The translations under genes and the position numbers were made by a program. Below are positions 14,524-26,361 of a stretch of DNA of 64,000 nucleotides, one piece after another. This stretch comes from Lingula anatina (Eukaryota > Animalia > Brachiopoda). The notes beneath the pieces were generated by a model. The model saw only the letters and a program-made list of their open reading frames with translations, was not told where the DNA came from and did not search any database. Where the stretch lies: the NCBI GenBank assembly GCA_051362555.1, contig CM120641.1, positions 27,472,401-27,536,400 of the forward strand. Direction: 5' to 3'. Position 1 is the first letter of the stretch, and every line of letters begins with the position of its first letter.

Positions 14524-15901
14524 CACACACTGGACAAAAGAAGTGTCACCCCCTAACTCAGAGTAATAAAAGTAGGCAGATCTTGGGTACTTATTATGCC
14601 TGGTCTACTTATAATGTGACTAAGGAGTATAAAACCGCTATACCATTGAATTGTATTGTTGGTCTTGTACATGTACAGCAAATGTTATTCCTGTCTTCCT
14701 CCAATATGGCAAGATACAGGCAATTATCTAACGGTTATAGGTTATTAACCTGAAGAGGCGGAATATAAGCAATGTCAGATTATCGATACAATTGAATTGT
14801 TCAGTCAGAACCGTGCAGAGGGTGTGGTCTCGATATAGAAACACTGGATCAAGAGACAAATTGCCTCTGATAGGTCGTCCAAGAAAAAATACTGGCCGTG
14901 AAGACCGACGACTGATTTTGATGTCCAGGTTGTCTAAGTTCGACACTGCTTGTCAGTTGACAACACAGTGGAACAATTCCACACATAAGAATGTGTCTGT
15001 GAAAATTGCTAGGCGTCGGTTACATGCTCAGAGAGTGTACAGCAGGGTAGCAAGACTGAAACCTCTTATATCGTTACAAAACAGGCAACGTAGAGTAAAC
15101 TAGGGTCAACAGGATCTGGAACTGGACAGTTCATGACAATTGGTCCTATATATTTTTCTGATGAGTGTCGCTTTGGTCTGACCTCTGATGACAAACGAGT
15201 ATTATGCTGGCAAACTGCTGGTAAAGCATTTGAACCACATGCACTGAATTTTCGAACCCGGAGCAACATATTCATCATGGTGTGGGGCTGCATCAGCATC
15301 CATGGCTTGGGCGAATTGATAGTGGTTAATGGAAACATGAATCACTAGAAATATATCGATGTTTTGGAGTCAGGCTTGCTACCATCTATTACTAACATGT
15401 TTGGTGACAGGAATTATCCATTTGTTCACCAGGATGACAATGCTCCTTGTCACAGGCCCAGAGCAGTTGATGATTGGTTTGACCAACAGGACATTCGCAG
15501 GGTGATGTGGCCTGCCCAGAGTCCGGATGCAAACATAATAGAAAATGTGTGGAATGATATGTCAAAACTTTTTACAAATGCCCGTCTAACCAGCAGAGAA
15601 ACTCTGTTATATTCAGTTTTTCATGCTTGGGCCAGCATAAGCCCTGAACGCATCAGACAATAATATGAAACCTTGCTTCGTAGACTGGCACCTATTATTA
15701 GGTCACGTGGCTATGCCACTAAGTATTAATTTTGGACTTGAAACTGCATATTTTGGTAGAATGTATATTTTGTTCTCATTTTGTGATTTTTTGTGAAATT
15801 TGATGTTAATAAAATGATACCAGGAGCATATCATTCCACAGTCATTTATCTCCCCATAGTATTGGCTCAGTAGGGGTGACACTTCTTTTGTCCAGTGTGT
15901 G
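14524..15901 (+). mobile_element. Tc1-family DNA transposon, full length, transposase inactivated
   Basis: 29-bp TIR CACACACTGGACAAAAGAAGTGTCACCCC at both ends; TA target duplication at 14522-23 and 15902-03; internal transposase remnants. Confidence 0.95.
14706..15729 (+). pseudogene. Tc1 DD34E transposase pseudogene
   Basis: Fragments carry an HTH region, GRPRK, FSDECRF, MVWGCI, QDDNAPCH, WPAQSPDANIIENVW (34 residues between D and E) and terminal RGYATKY; broken by stops and frameshifts. Confidence 0.92.
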
Positions 15902-16096
15902 TACATTCATTGTATTTCAGTCTTTAATTTATTTATAATTTCATTATTATAAATGTATTTCTATATTTTTACTTTTCACCACAACCAATACCAATAGCAC
16001 TAGCACTTGCACTAGGTAGCACTAGCAGTATGTGTTATCACGTGCGTGAACAATAGATAAATGACTTGAAGGGCATGTTTGAGATTTCTTGATGTC

Positions 16097-16422
16097 AGCG
16101 GCAACTCAGACTAATCTATTTTTGTTGTTTCAGAGACATTGCAACAATTTTAAGTGGGGAGAAGGCTTAACGATTCAGATACAGGCTTAAGTTTGTGTAT
16201 GTTTGTGTGTGTGAAAGGGGGGGGGGGCTTTTCTTCCACTCCCATGTAAGTCAAAAAATGGTGGGGTGCGCCTTGAAATGTGTTTTAATTTAAAAGCAGC
16301 AGCAACTCAGACTAATCTATTTTGTTTTTTCAGAGACATTGCAACAATCTTAAGTGGGGAGAAGGCTTAACAATTAGATACAGGATTAAGGTAGGTGGGG
16401 TATCGCACATCTAGATGAAAAA

Positions 16423-16475
<53 letters not shown>

Positions 16476-16560
16476 AAGGGGGGTAGCTTTTCTTCCACCC
16501 TCCTAAAAATAAAAATATGGTGGTATTTGAGGTGCGCCTTGAAATGTGTTTTGTTTTAAA
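16097..16560. repeat. Imperfect tandem duplication of a ~200-bp unit containing (GT)n
   Basis: GCAACTCAGACTAATCTATTT...GAGACATTGCAACAAT..TAAGTGGGGAGAAGGCTTAA...GTGCGCCTTGAAATGTGTTTT occurs twice. Confidence 0.85.
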
Positions 16561-18439
16561 ACCACTGAGAACACGGCATGAGTCATGTAGTAAAATCCTT
16601 ACTGTTTCAAAAATTACTAATTTTAATTAAAAAAACACATATTTATGATCATTTCTATTTATTATACTGCAAAGACTTTTTCATATATGGAGTGCTAAAG
16701 GCTAATAAAGTCTATCTTCACTCCAGCTTAATCCTTAGATTTGATTCCCAATCTGAGAAAAGAAATTTGAAAGTTATACTGATAATTGCTCTGGAGAACA
16801 GAGTTGATGGTTCAGCAACAGGGCCAGGGTCTTTAACTCATAATAAAGTTATATTTCGATTGTAAATTGAATTTCTATGTGAGGCAGAACAAAATAAGGA
16901 TCGTACATAAGGACCCTAAATAAGGATCGTAGTCAGTCACACCTGCACAAAAACCAAACTAAAGTCATTATTTTGCACATAAAATACACTGAATAAAAAA
17001 AAACATGCATCATTTTGATTAATATGGTTCTCATTTATTAAATTTTCTCCATTTCTTAACATTCAAGATAAAACTTTCACTTGGCAAATAATCTGTCTGC
17101 AGGCGTTTCTATGGAAATTGTACCATGTGATTTCTTGTAGCCTACGATTTGGAGGTGTTTAAAAATTTTTGACCCAGATTGAAATTTTGGAAGTCCTTCC
17201 ACGGTGAACCACCAAACAAACCTGTTACAGGTGTAGATGTAGCGTGAAAAAAAACATACATTTACTTTGAACCGAAAAAGTGCAAGACAGAAGCTTTTGG
17301 AGGCTGCTACCCTGCTCCAATATTATTATACCAGTAGACACAGGTTGAATAAAATGTCCATCTGAAATGACAATGACAATCAATGACAGAAAAGAGAAAA
17401 GCTTCATGCCTGGATTCTACTTCTACTTCGACCGCCGCATGAAAGTACAGTATTATCGAGGTGGCATTTTAACATTAGTTTCGCAGTGGTGTGGAGACCT
17501 TGTGTAGTAGAGATGCAGTATAGCATACTGCACGTTTTTTTACGCAAAAAAACTAGAAAGTTTAAAAAATGAAGACTTAGATAACGTAAATCAAGACGCA
17601 CCTTTTCGTTTTCCTCGCTTTTTTACTCACACCCATTTTACCTGTTGTGCATAATTAAAATTTGGTGTTTGCTGTTAAGCATAATGTATTATTGCACCAG
17701 AATTGACAGTAGACTATTTTGTGCATCAATGTTTTCTGCTTTTTGTCTGTACAATTGACAGCTTTGCTGCCTTGTTGAAATTTTACATACATTTTTCCTA
17801 AACAACATGAACAAAGAATCATTGCTATAGAAAGGTTGGATTTGAGTTTTTTTTGGGCATTTCCTGTCTGAAAAATATAGATAAAAGCGCAAGTGATGTT
17901 TGTGGACGCCCCCCCCCCCCCCCCCCCCCCCCCCCGATATCTGTCACCGCAATTTTCTTTCACACGTGCAGTTGCTTTAACAACTGAATGAAAACAAATT
18001 CAGACGACGTCAATTGATCGTACGTCATAGCCCTAATATTATTCTGTTAATAGATGTTTTCCCAATTTAAAAGCAATGAAAAGCATTATGCAAAACGGTC
18101 ACTATTCGTTTTCTAAACCATAATCAACGCAACAAACCGCAACGACTGAATAAAATTTAAATTTATTAAGAGAGGAGCAAAAAGACAATATCCCTCAATA
18201 CATCTGTTGTGCCGCGAGAGTTGCCAACGTTATTATCATTAGCTCAGAATATTAATTTTCACCATTTTTTTTCATTTTTGTGCCCAACAGACGGCGTTGC
18301 ATTTCAAGCGGAAATTGTTTAGAAAATCAGAATTAACTATAGCGCGAATTTTATTAGTCATCCAGACCTTGAATCAACCTTCAAGACCAGCAGGTCCACG
18401 TGAGGACACGCGGGTGCCACGTTGCAATAAGCTGGAATC

Positions 18440-18768
18440 ATGGCGATTGTCACCGTGCTTTTATGTCTTATAACTCTGATTGTGACCCCACATCAGACAG
18501 CTGCTATAGGGATGTATGAAGAAAGTGCTGTCCCGAAAGAAGCGTACCCGTTACCACCACTGCCATATCCCTATGGTGGTCTGGAGCCGCACATGGACGA
18601 AAGAACGGTTCAGGCAAGTGACGTGATGTATTACTCTCCACATCCCTTCCAACTACTAGTGGGCCGTACGTGATTCATGTTGCAAGTGTTTGTTTTAGCA
18701 AAAAATAAATAGATAAATAAATAAAAATAAGAGAGAGAGAGAGAGAGAGAATATTCTCTATCTACCTC

Positions 18769-18799
<31 letters not shown>

Positions 18800-21700
18800 T
18801 AAATATATGCTATTCACACTATAAAACGGAGCTGGATGGTGCGTTATGATTGCAAATGATACCGATATGAAGATGTAAATTAGTATATCACGTACATGCA
18901 GGTGCATTACATATACCGGAACATGTCAAATGTAAGCATGTTCATCCTGCCTTTCAAATTGATATTTTTCTCTCGTGTATGCCCTCATGATTAATGCGTT
19001 AATAACAGAGCAACTCCATTTGATGTCGAGAGGATAAGGGTTGTTATCATTATCATTATTATGTTGTAACTGCATACACTGTTTTTTTTCTTTCTTTTTT
19101 TTCAGATTCACCACCAGGGACATCATGCAGCTTATACGACCAAGATGAATGCCGCATTAAAACAATGGAGAGAAGAGGTACTGTTTAAACGATTTCGTAG
19201 AAACATTACACTAAACAGATGTGTAGTTTTGTGTGCGTTGGTGACTTGAAGAATCCTCCGACAGTAGCGCCATCTGCCGCCCTAAATTGGCAGCCGTATA
19301 TTTAGAGAGAAGATTCAGCTGATACTCTTTTGTCCACAGATAAACATATAAGTCCAATTGAAGAGATTTAGATCTTAAGATGTCTTAAGATGCCACATGA
19401 TTTCCTTCAACAAAATACCAAGCTAGAGATTCAGATAGACTATGGCAACGTACAGTGTACGTGCTAATACATGTACAAGCGCATGGTGCTTTATACTGCA
19501 CTGGATGGAGGAGACCTTCCCAATTTCATTTTTAACACCGTAGTCTGAATTTTTCATCACAAAAATTACCTTTTTACTGTCCTTTCCTGTAGTTTGCATC
19601 TTTATACAGCAACAACATCTGAATTTAATCTTAAGTGTGCAAAAATATATGGGAATGCATTTTGGAACGCACTATTTCTGGAGTACAGTACCTTGGGCTT
19701 CGATAGCATCTCCTCTTCGTCACCGCTCCTCTTCGTCACTGCGACGATTTTGTGGCCTAGCGATTGCCATCCATAATTTTGAAAAATGAATTTTCTGGGG
19801 TACCTGTACATATTTCCCTCAACCTGATGGGATCCATCATTAATTCTAGTTTGTTAGTGTTGTTAGTGATGAAGTGACGGAAAATTACAAGGAATCACTC
19901 ACCTTGGTCACAGTCACAGTCTTGGTCAGGCTATTACCTTGATCAGTTAAAGGCATAATAACTCTTCGTATGAGGTCTATATTTCACAATAAAAACATTG
20001 TGAATAACTCATAGAAATATAATAGATTCTGTTTTACGACAAAAACAGCAGTTAAAGCTATTATTCTGATACCTGAGCTTGTCTTCAGACCACGTGACCT
20101 CCATTGATGGCTATGCTCTGTTATAATCTCTTAAGAGATTTTAACAAAAAATCAAATTTAAAAAAAACAAAAAACAGGGACTAACTTTGAATGTAAAAAT
20201 GGATTCATTAACCATTAGTAAGTACGGGAAAATTGTTGTTTACTCTAGGAAAATTAATTTTTTGGCCAAAACGAAGAGTTATTATCCCTTTAACAAACAA
20301 AACAAAACGACTTAAGAATACTATACAGGTCTACTACTAAGCAAAAAATCGCTTTACAGAAGACTATAAAATAATGGAAGCTTCTGAAGCAAAAACTCGG
20401 AACACGCGCGATAAAAATTCAAATAAAAGAGAAAAAGCCGTCAACTTACCCTGAAACCAAGTACACCAATCCTAAATAGCCCATCTACGTTGTCCCAGTG
20501 CCGGCTTCGCTCGACTACGGAGAGTTCGACAAACAAAAAACGAAACTTTTCTTGGAGCTGGGATTTACAAACAAAAAGGGAGACGATACTTAAGGTGCAT
20601 GTTCTTTGTTTGAAGGTGATTCTTTTGGGGTGTTTGTATCTTGCTTGAATTTTCATTACACGTGATCCGAGTTGTTTCCAAAGTTCCCTTTATTTACAGT
20701 CTTCTGCGGCTTATATGTGGCGAGTTTATTTAATTGATTAAAAATACTTAACCGATTTTGATTTTTTTTATTTTGCTTCATGGTAGACCAGTATGGTATT
20801 CTAAAGTCGTTTTCAGATTTTTTTTAGTTTTTTAAACTTTCAAGGTAACAGTCGAGTGTGGCCGTGGTTCTCGTGAATAGGGGAATATGCAAAAAACAAT
20901 TTACAAATAAATAATTTCCAATTTTAATAGAGGCAAGTGCACAAATAAAAGGGGGAACATATCCTAGAATGGCTGAATATCTCTTTTTGGTATTTCTTTA
21001 TTGCAGGATCCCGGAAACACGTTCGCCAAGAGCTCCATTTTGAACATTCTCCAAAATGTGTCCAATGTTCCTGAAAAATATAGGACAGCTTTGAGAAACA
21101 ATGGGGGCGGGTGAGAAGTACATTGTCTACTGATTTCCAGCGTGGTATAGATTTATTCTATGCAAATTAATAATCTTGATAATATGGCAGTGCATTAAAT
21201 ATCTAGGTGTTTTACCTTCAGTCTTAAAGTGGTAAACTTGTAGATACACTGTATCACATATAACACTGATCAATTTCGAGTTAAATCGGTCCGATTTTTG
21301 ACTTACAAGTACCTTGAAGTTTATGCATTGATTTAGAGTATATATACTAAGGCAAAGCATATTTTGGTACAAACAGAATTTACTATTTGAATGTTAATAT
21401 GCATATTTTTATTCAAATTGGGGAGGCATTTGGTATTTTGAAACATCTGTTTGATATTTGAACATCTTATCATGGTTGAACAGAGACACAAACAGTTGCA
21501 AGATGGTACCTGACCCGTGAGATACGTTTATACTGCCTAACAAACGGTTATTATTTCCCACCAGGTATTTCAACCATGCTATATACTGGGCTTGTATGTC
21601 CCCCGGAGGTGCAGCTATAACTCCAGATTTGAAAAGTGATATAATACAGAATTTTGGGACATACGATAATTTCAAAGACCAGTTTACAACAAAGGCCATG

Positions 21701-22364
21701 GCATTGTTTGGTTCAGGTGAGGTTAGCACATATCCAAGTCTACTGGCACATACATGTATTTACTTAACGGTGATTATTGGCATACTTGTATCTATTAAAA
21801 ACAAAACGGTGCATTAATCGCTTTTGTATATTAAAAATCCTGCTAGCACAGCATCATATTTCTCTAAAGCCATTCCTGTATGAGGCCATTCGAACGAGAA
21901 AAGTCAATTGCTAGCTAGGCCACGACCTTAATATGGCGGTCCTACATTTAAGGAAGATCGCTTAATCCTGTAATGGTCTCTCCGCCTCCCACACGGCTCC
22001 CCACGCGTCGTCCCTCGACCGGTTGAATTGAGCCGAGATTTAATTACTGTGCCCCTGCAGGGACTACCTAATTAGGTCGTGGCCTAGCCAGGACTCGGCT
22101 CTTCTCATTCTGAATGGGCTCATTTCTATTCAAGGATACGTGTGGCTATCAAGAGGAGAGAATGAACAGCTAGTCATTTCCACAACGGCAAATCAGGACT
22201 CGCCTGTGACTGAGGATCTCCACCCAATTCTGGTGATTGACATCTGGGAGCATGCGTACTACCTGAAGCACCAAAACAAACGTGCAGACTTCGTGGCAGA
22301 TTGGTGGAAATTGGTTAACTGGAACGCTGTTCGGGATCTGGACCAGTGGTGGAAGAGGATCTAG
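18440..22364 (+). CDS. Fe/Mn superoxide dismutase (Mn-type) with signal peptide, copy 1, 243 aa, predicted secreted
   Basis: Exons 18440-18613 (GC donor), 19106-19177, 21007-21110, 21565-21716, 22135-22364 splice in frame. Motifs [57 protein letters not shown]; all four metal ligands present; hydrophobic N-terminus [22 protein letters not shown]. Confidence 0.93.
19951..20289. mobile_element. Non-autonomous TIR element with TTAA target duplication (Kolobok-like)
   Basis: TTAA|AGGCATAATAACTCTTCGT...ACGAAGAGTTATTATCCCT|TTAA; a second copy lies in inverse orientation at 22877-23181; absent from duplication unit B. Confidence 0.8.
21881..22122. mobile_element. MITE-like insertion in SOD copy 1 intron 4
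   Basis: Imperfect TIRs (TGAGGCCATTCGAACGAGAA / TTCTCATTCTGAATGGGCTCA) and inner inverted repeat CTAGGCCACGACCT; absent from the same intron of copy 2. Confidence 0.7.
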
Positions 22365-22393
22365 ACTCGTAGCGATTGATGGACTATCTGCAC

Positions 22394-22564
22394 CAGGCCC
22401 GTAGCCGGGGGGGGGGGGGGGGGGGGTTCAAAAGAACCGCCCCTTTTGCTGGGAAAAGGTCCACTCTGGGTAAAATTTGATCCAGGTCCATGATGTTTTT
22501 ACGGAGAAAGGTCCACTTTTTCAGAAAACGAACCCCCCTTTTGAAATTGCTGGCTACGGGCCTG
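22394..22564. mobile_element. MITE with 13-bp TIR CAGGCCCGTAGCC and 5-bp TSD (TGCAC) in the SOD copy 1 3' UTR
   Basis: TIR and TSD visible; the empty site GGACTATCTGCACTGATAAC is present in copy 2 near 30733. Confidence 0.88.
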
Positions 22565-22876
22565 TGCACTGATAACATAAATGGACTGATTGACTAAGGA
22601 CTTTATAATTTCTGCCCTTCCTGAGACATAGGCTGTGGAGAGAGGGGGGGGGGGGGGTGGCGGGGGAGTGGTTGAAAAAAGTTTCTTTTGGTCTTAATGC
22701 TAGTAGGTGTAGTACCTTTTTCTTCCCCTCGGTCCAACAGGCTTTTTCCCCGTCTCCTACTTTTCCTTCAGTCCTACTAGAGGAGTGCTACAGTCGTAAG
22801 GTTATTATAGACCTTCAACAACTAGCTGCGCGACCCCAAGTGTGCCTACGGCACTAATTTACATTCGAAATATTAA

Positions 22877-23181
22877 AGGGATAATAACTCTTCGTTTCGG
22901 CCAAAAAATGAATTTTCCTGGAGTAAACAACAATTTTCCCATACTAACCAATGGTTAATGAATCCATTTTTACATTCAAAGTTAGTCTCTGGTTTTTTTC
23001 TAAAAAGTTTGGTTTTTTTGTTAAAATCTCTTAAGAGATTTTAACAGAGTATAGCCATAAATGGAGGTCACATGGTCTAACTGCCATTTTTGTGGTAAAA
23101 CAGAATATATTATATTAATATGAGTTATTTACAATGTTTTTATTGTGAAATATAGATCTCATACGAAGAGTTATTATCCCT
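22877..23181. mobile_element. Non-autonomous TIR element with TTAA target duplication (Kolobok-like), second copy
   Basis: TTAA|AGGGATAATAACTCTTCGT...ACGAAGAGTTATTATCCCT|TTAA, perfect 19-bp TIR. Confidence 0.85.
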
Positions 23182-24678
23182 TTAATTGGTGTCAATAAAA
23201 GAATGTCTGAAATTTTAATATCGATGAATGTTACAACCTTTAATGGAAACCAGGAAAAAATTACATGTAAGAAAAAAATGAAATTTCTTCCCAAGAGTCA
23301 CCCCCCCCCCCCCCTCCCCCCCTTCCATAGCTCCTGGGCTATATAAGCCAAATTCTAACTTGTTCAATTATCAAAAACAACAGACACTGATTTTGGAATT
23401 TCACTTAAATTGTACACGATATTGTATTTTGGAAGTAAAGCAACAGATCTGTCAATATTGTGGTTTTTGTTACTCTACTAGTAAATGTACCAACAATCAT
23501 TTTGAGAGGTAATGATGCGCTTTAGGCGCATATATAAAACGTAAAACATTTTATAGAACCTCTCAAAGAAGGAATAATCAAAAGTAAATACACAATGAAA
23601 AAATTAAAATAAGATTTGAAAGAAGCAATTAACCATGTGATTACTCCTGGGCCCTGTTTTACAAAATGGCCAAAGTCAGTTTTCGGGATAACATCTTAGC
23701 CTACTAACATTTGGTTGACTACACTGCGTTTCACAAAAGAATCTTAAATGCCGCTCAGCTATTTTATTGTGATGATCAAAATAATCTAATTTTTACTGGA
23801 AATTTAATTTCGACATTGTAGTATACTAGTTGACCGCTAAAATATTTGACTGTTTAAAATCTCTAAAGATCAGCATTCGACAACTTTTTTGATAGAGATC
23901 TGGAATGAGTTCTTAATTCTCACTCAGTCACGCAGGAAAAACTCCAATACTGTGACCATCTTATGATAGGCGCATGGTTGGCAAGGCACTGGTTTCTGCC
24001 TACCATCATGCCTGCTACTGAAAGAAAAACTTACGCTTAGCAGTAAAAATTAAGTAAAAATACATTTTTCATTTTAAAAAAGATTGCTACTGCGGGTGCC
24101 ATATTTCGTTAGGTAAATTGCATAATTTGAGAAAGGCTATTACTGGTAATCAATCAACTTCAAACAATTATCATTTATGAAAATAACAATTTAAAAACAA
24201 ATTAAAATTTAATTGGAACAAATAAAAAAAGAATAGGACGCTCTCTGGTGAAATGGGCGATGTCCCCTGGTTATTAGGCTACTAAACAAACAAACAAACA
24301 AACAAACACATAAGCTAAAAAAGAATTCTCTATCTCTCTCTCTCAAAAAAGAAAAAAGAAAAAAAAAATATATATATATATATACAATCTCCACTATAAT
24401 CGTTTGGATAGGATATTAACTTAAGACCAACTGTAGTTGGGTTTATAACGGAGGTATGCTGAATACGCGACAGTTATGGCCGCCGAGCCGATGCAGCAGG
24501 TCCCTGGTAGAATTTCACGGTGGAAGCTATATTATTGGAGGAAATGCTCTGAGGAACTTGACTGATTATTTTCTGTTATATTTGTCAAAGCATTGGTTGT
24601 GGATACAAATTATTCCATTCGTGTTGTTGGGTACGCGTTCCACTAAGAGCTGTTCACTCACCAATTTTCAAGGGAGGA

Positions 24679-24849
24679 CCAGTGTAACGTGACAGAGGGT
24701 CCCCAGGATAGAAAGTCCGCTTTCCATTCATTTGTACAGGTGAGCCTCGACCTAGATTTTGATCCACTTAGCTCAGGCTAACCCTAACTATTATAACTGA
24801 ATGGAGGATGGACCTTCTGTTACACGGACCCTCAGTTCCGTTGCACTGG
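24679..24849. mobile_element. Putative small foldback element between the duplication units
   Basis: Imperfect inverted ends CCAGTGTAACGTGACAGAGGGTCC / GGACCCTCAGTTCCGTTGCACTGG with an internal CTAACCCTAAC; no clear TSD. Confidence 0.45.
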
Positions 24850-25492
24850 GCATAAGAGTAGGCTGTAAGGTGCTGACCCCTATTGCTGATAGGAAGTATT
24901 AAGTAGCATATAGTTTCTTTTGATTGTCTTTTAATGAGATTCCTTGAGGGGGTTTAAATTTCCTAGCCAGAGAGCACAGCACATTCCTTTGTTCTGTTCT
25001 TGTCGAGAAGAAAACGTGTTTTCATAATCCCAGAAGTTATTCAACCCTAGTGTATACCTTTCGAGAACCCTGTCCAACCAGGAATGTGAGTAAAATTGTT
25101 TTTAATGTCATTTTTTGAAACTAAGTGAATTGTTGTTTTTGGCTTGTTTTTGAGTTTAACGCTTACAGAGAAGCAGTTTGACCCACATTGATTTTAATTG
25201 ATTTATCTACACTGTACTAGTTCTTTGCTGTGAAATTAAATTGTTTTTATGACACACCTTGTCTTATGCGGTAGAATTTTTATAAGTAAAACATGTTTAA
25301 GGTTCAATTAGATATTCTGAAGGAGTAATGCGCTTCATGCTTTCTCTGCTGTCTCATGTTACACAAATTGTGCTAGTTGTCTCAAAGATGTTGGGCGCCT
25401 AAATTGTGCCATATTGTGCTATTGCAGATTTCTCAATTACAGCATTCTAGATTATTCTCATTGTAATTATTGCATTAAAGTAGTTAAGTATT

Positions 25493-25540
<48 letters not shown>

Positions 25541-25989
25541 TTTTTTATTTCAGTTTAAACCGTCGTTGATTGACGACTATTTTATGACTGGTTAAGACAG
25601 AGAGGAGAATAAACATCATATACTATTCCAACAAGACTCTATTCCTTATCTAACACTTCGGGTGTTACACTACCAATAATCAACGCAACAAACCACAACG
25701 ACTGAAATAAAATTTAAATGAATTAAGAGAGGAGCAAAAAACAATTTCCCTCAGTACATCTGTTGTGCCGCGAGAGTTGCCAACGTTATTATCAATAGCT
25801 CAGAATATTAATTTAAACCATTTTTTATTTTTGTGCCCAACAGACGGCGTTGCATTTCAAGCGGATGCGGAAATTGTTTAAAAAATCAGAATTAACTATA
25901 GCGCGGATTTTATTAGTCATCAAGGCCTTGAATCAACCTTCAAGACCAGGTGAGGATACGCGGGCGCCACGTTGCAATAAGCTGGAATC

Positions 25990-26250
25990 ATGGCGATTGT
26001 CACCGTGCTTTTTTGTCTTATAACTCTGATTGTGACCCCACATCAGACAGCTGCTGCAGGGATATATGAAGACAGTATTGTCCCGCAAGGAGCCTACCTG
26101 TTACCACCACTGCCATATGCCTATAATAGTCTAGAGCCGCACATGGACGAAAAAACGGTTCAGGCAAGTAACGTGACGTATTATTCTCCACATCCCCCCT
26201 TCCAATTCCCGTACGTGATTCATGTTGAAAGTATTTGTTTTAGCAAAAAA

Positions 26251-26289
<39 letters not shown>

Positions 26290-26313
26290 AGAGGAGAGAG
26301 AATATTCTCTATG

Positions 26314-26361
<48 letters not shown>

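Larger units (their letters stand above)
18117..24506 (+). repeat. Segmental duplication unit A (SOD copy 1 plus flanks)
   Basis: Colinear with 25672-32751 across promoter, introns and 3' flank, from TAATCAACGCAACAAACC to GCAGCAGGTCCCTG; ends approximate. Confidence 0.9.

Noticed and set aside
22362-22379. Stop-codon readthrough restoring ER retention in SOD copies 1 and 2
   Set aside because: Readthrough would give xTRSD* or xTPSD*, which is not an HDEL/KDEL-type signal.
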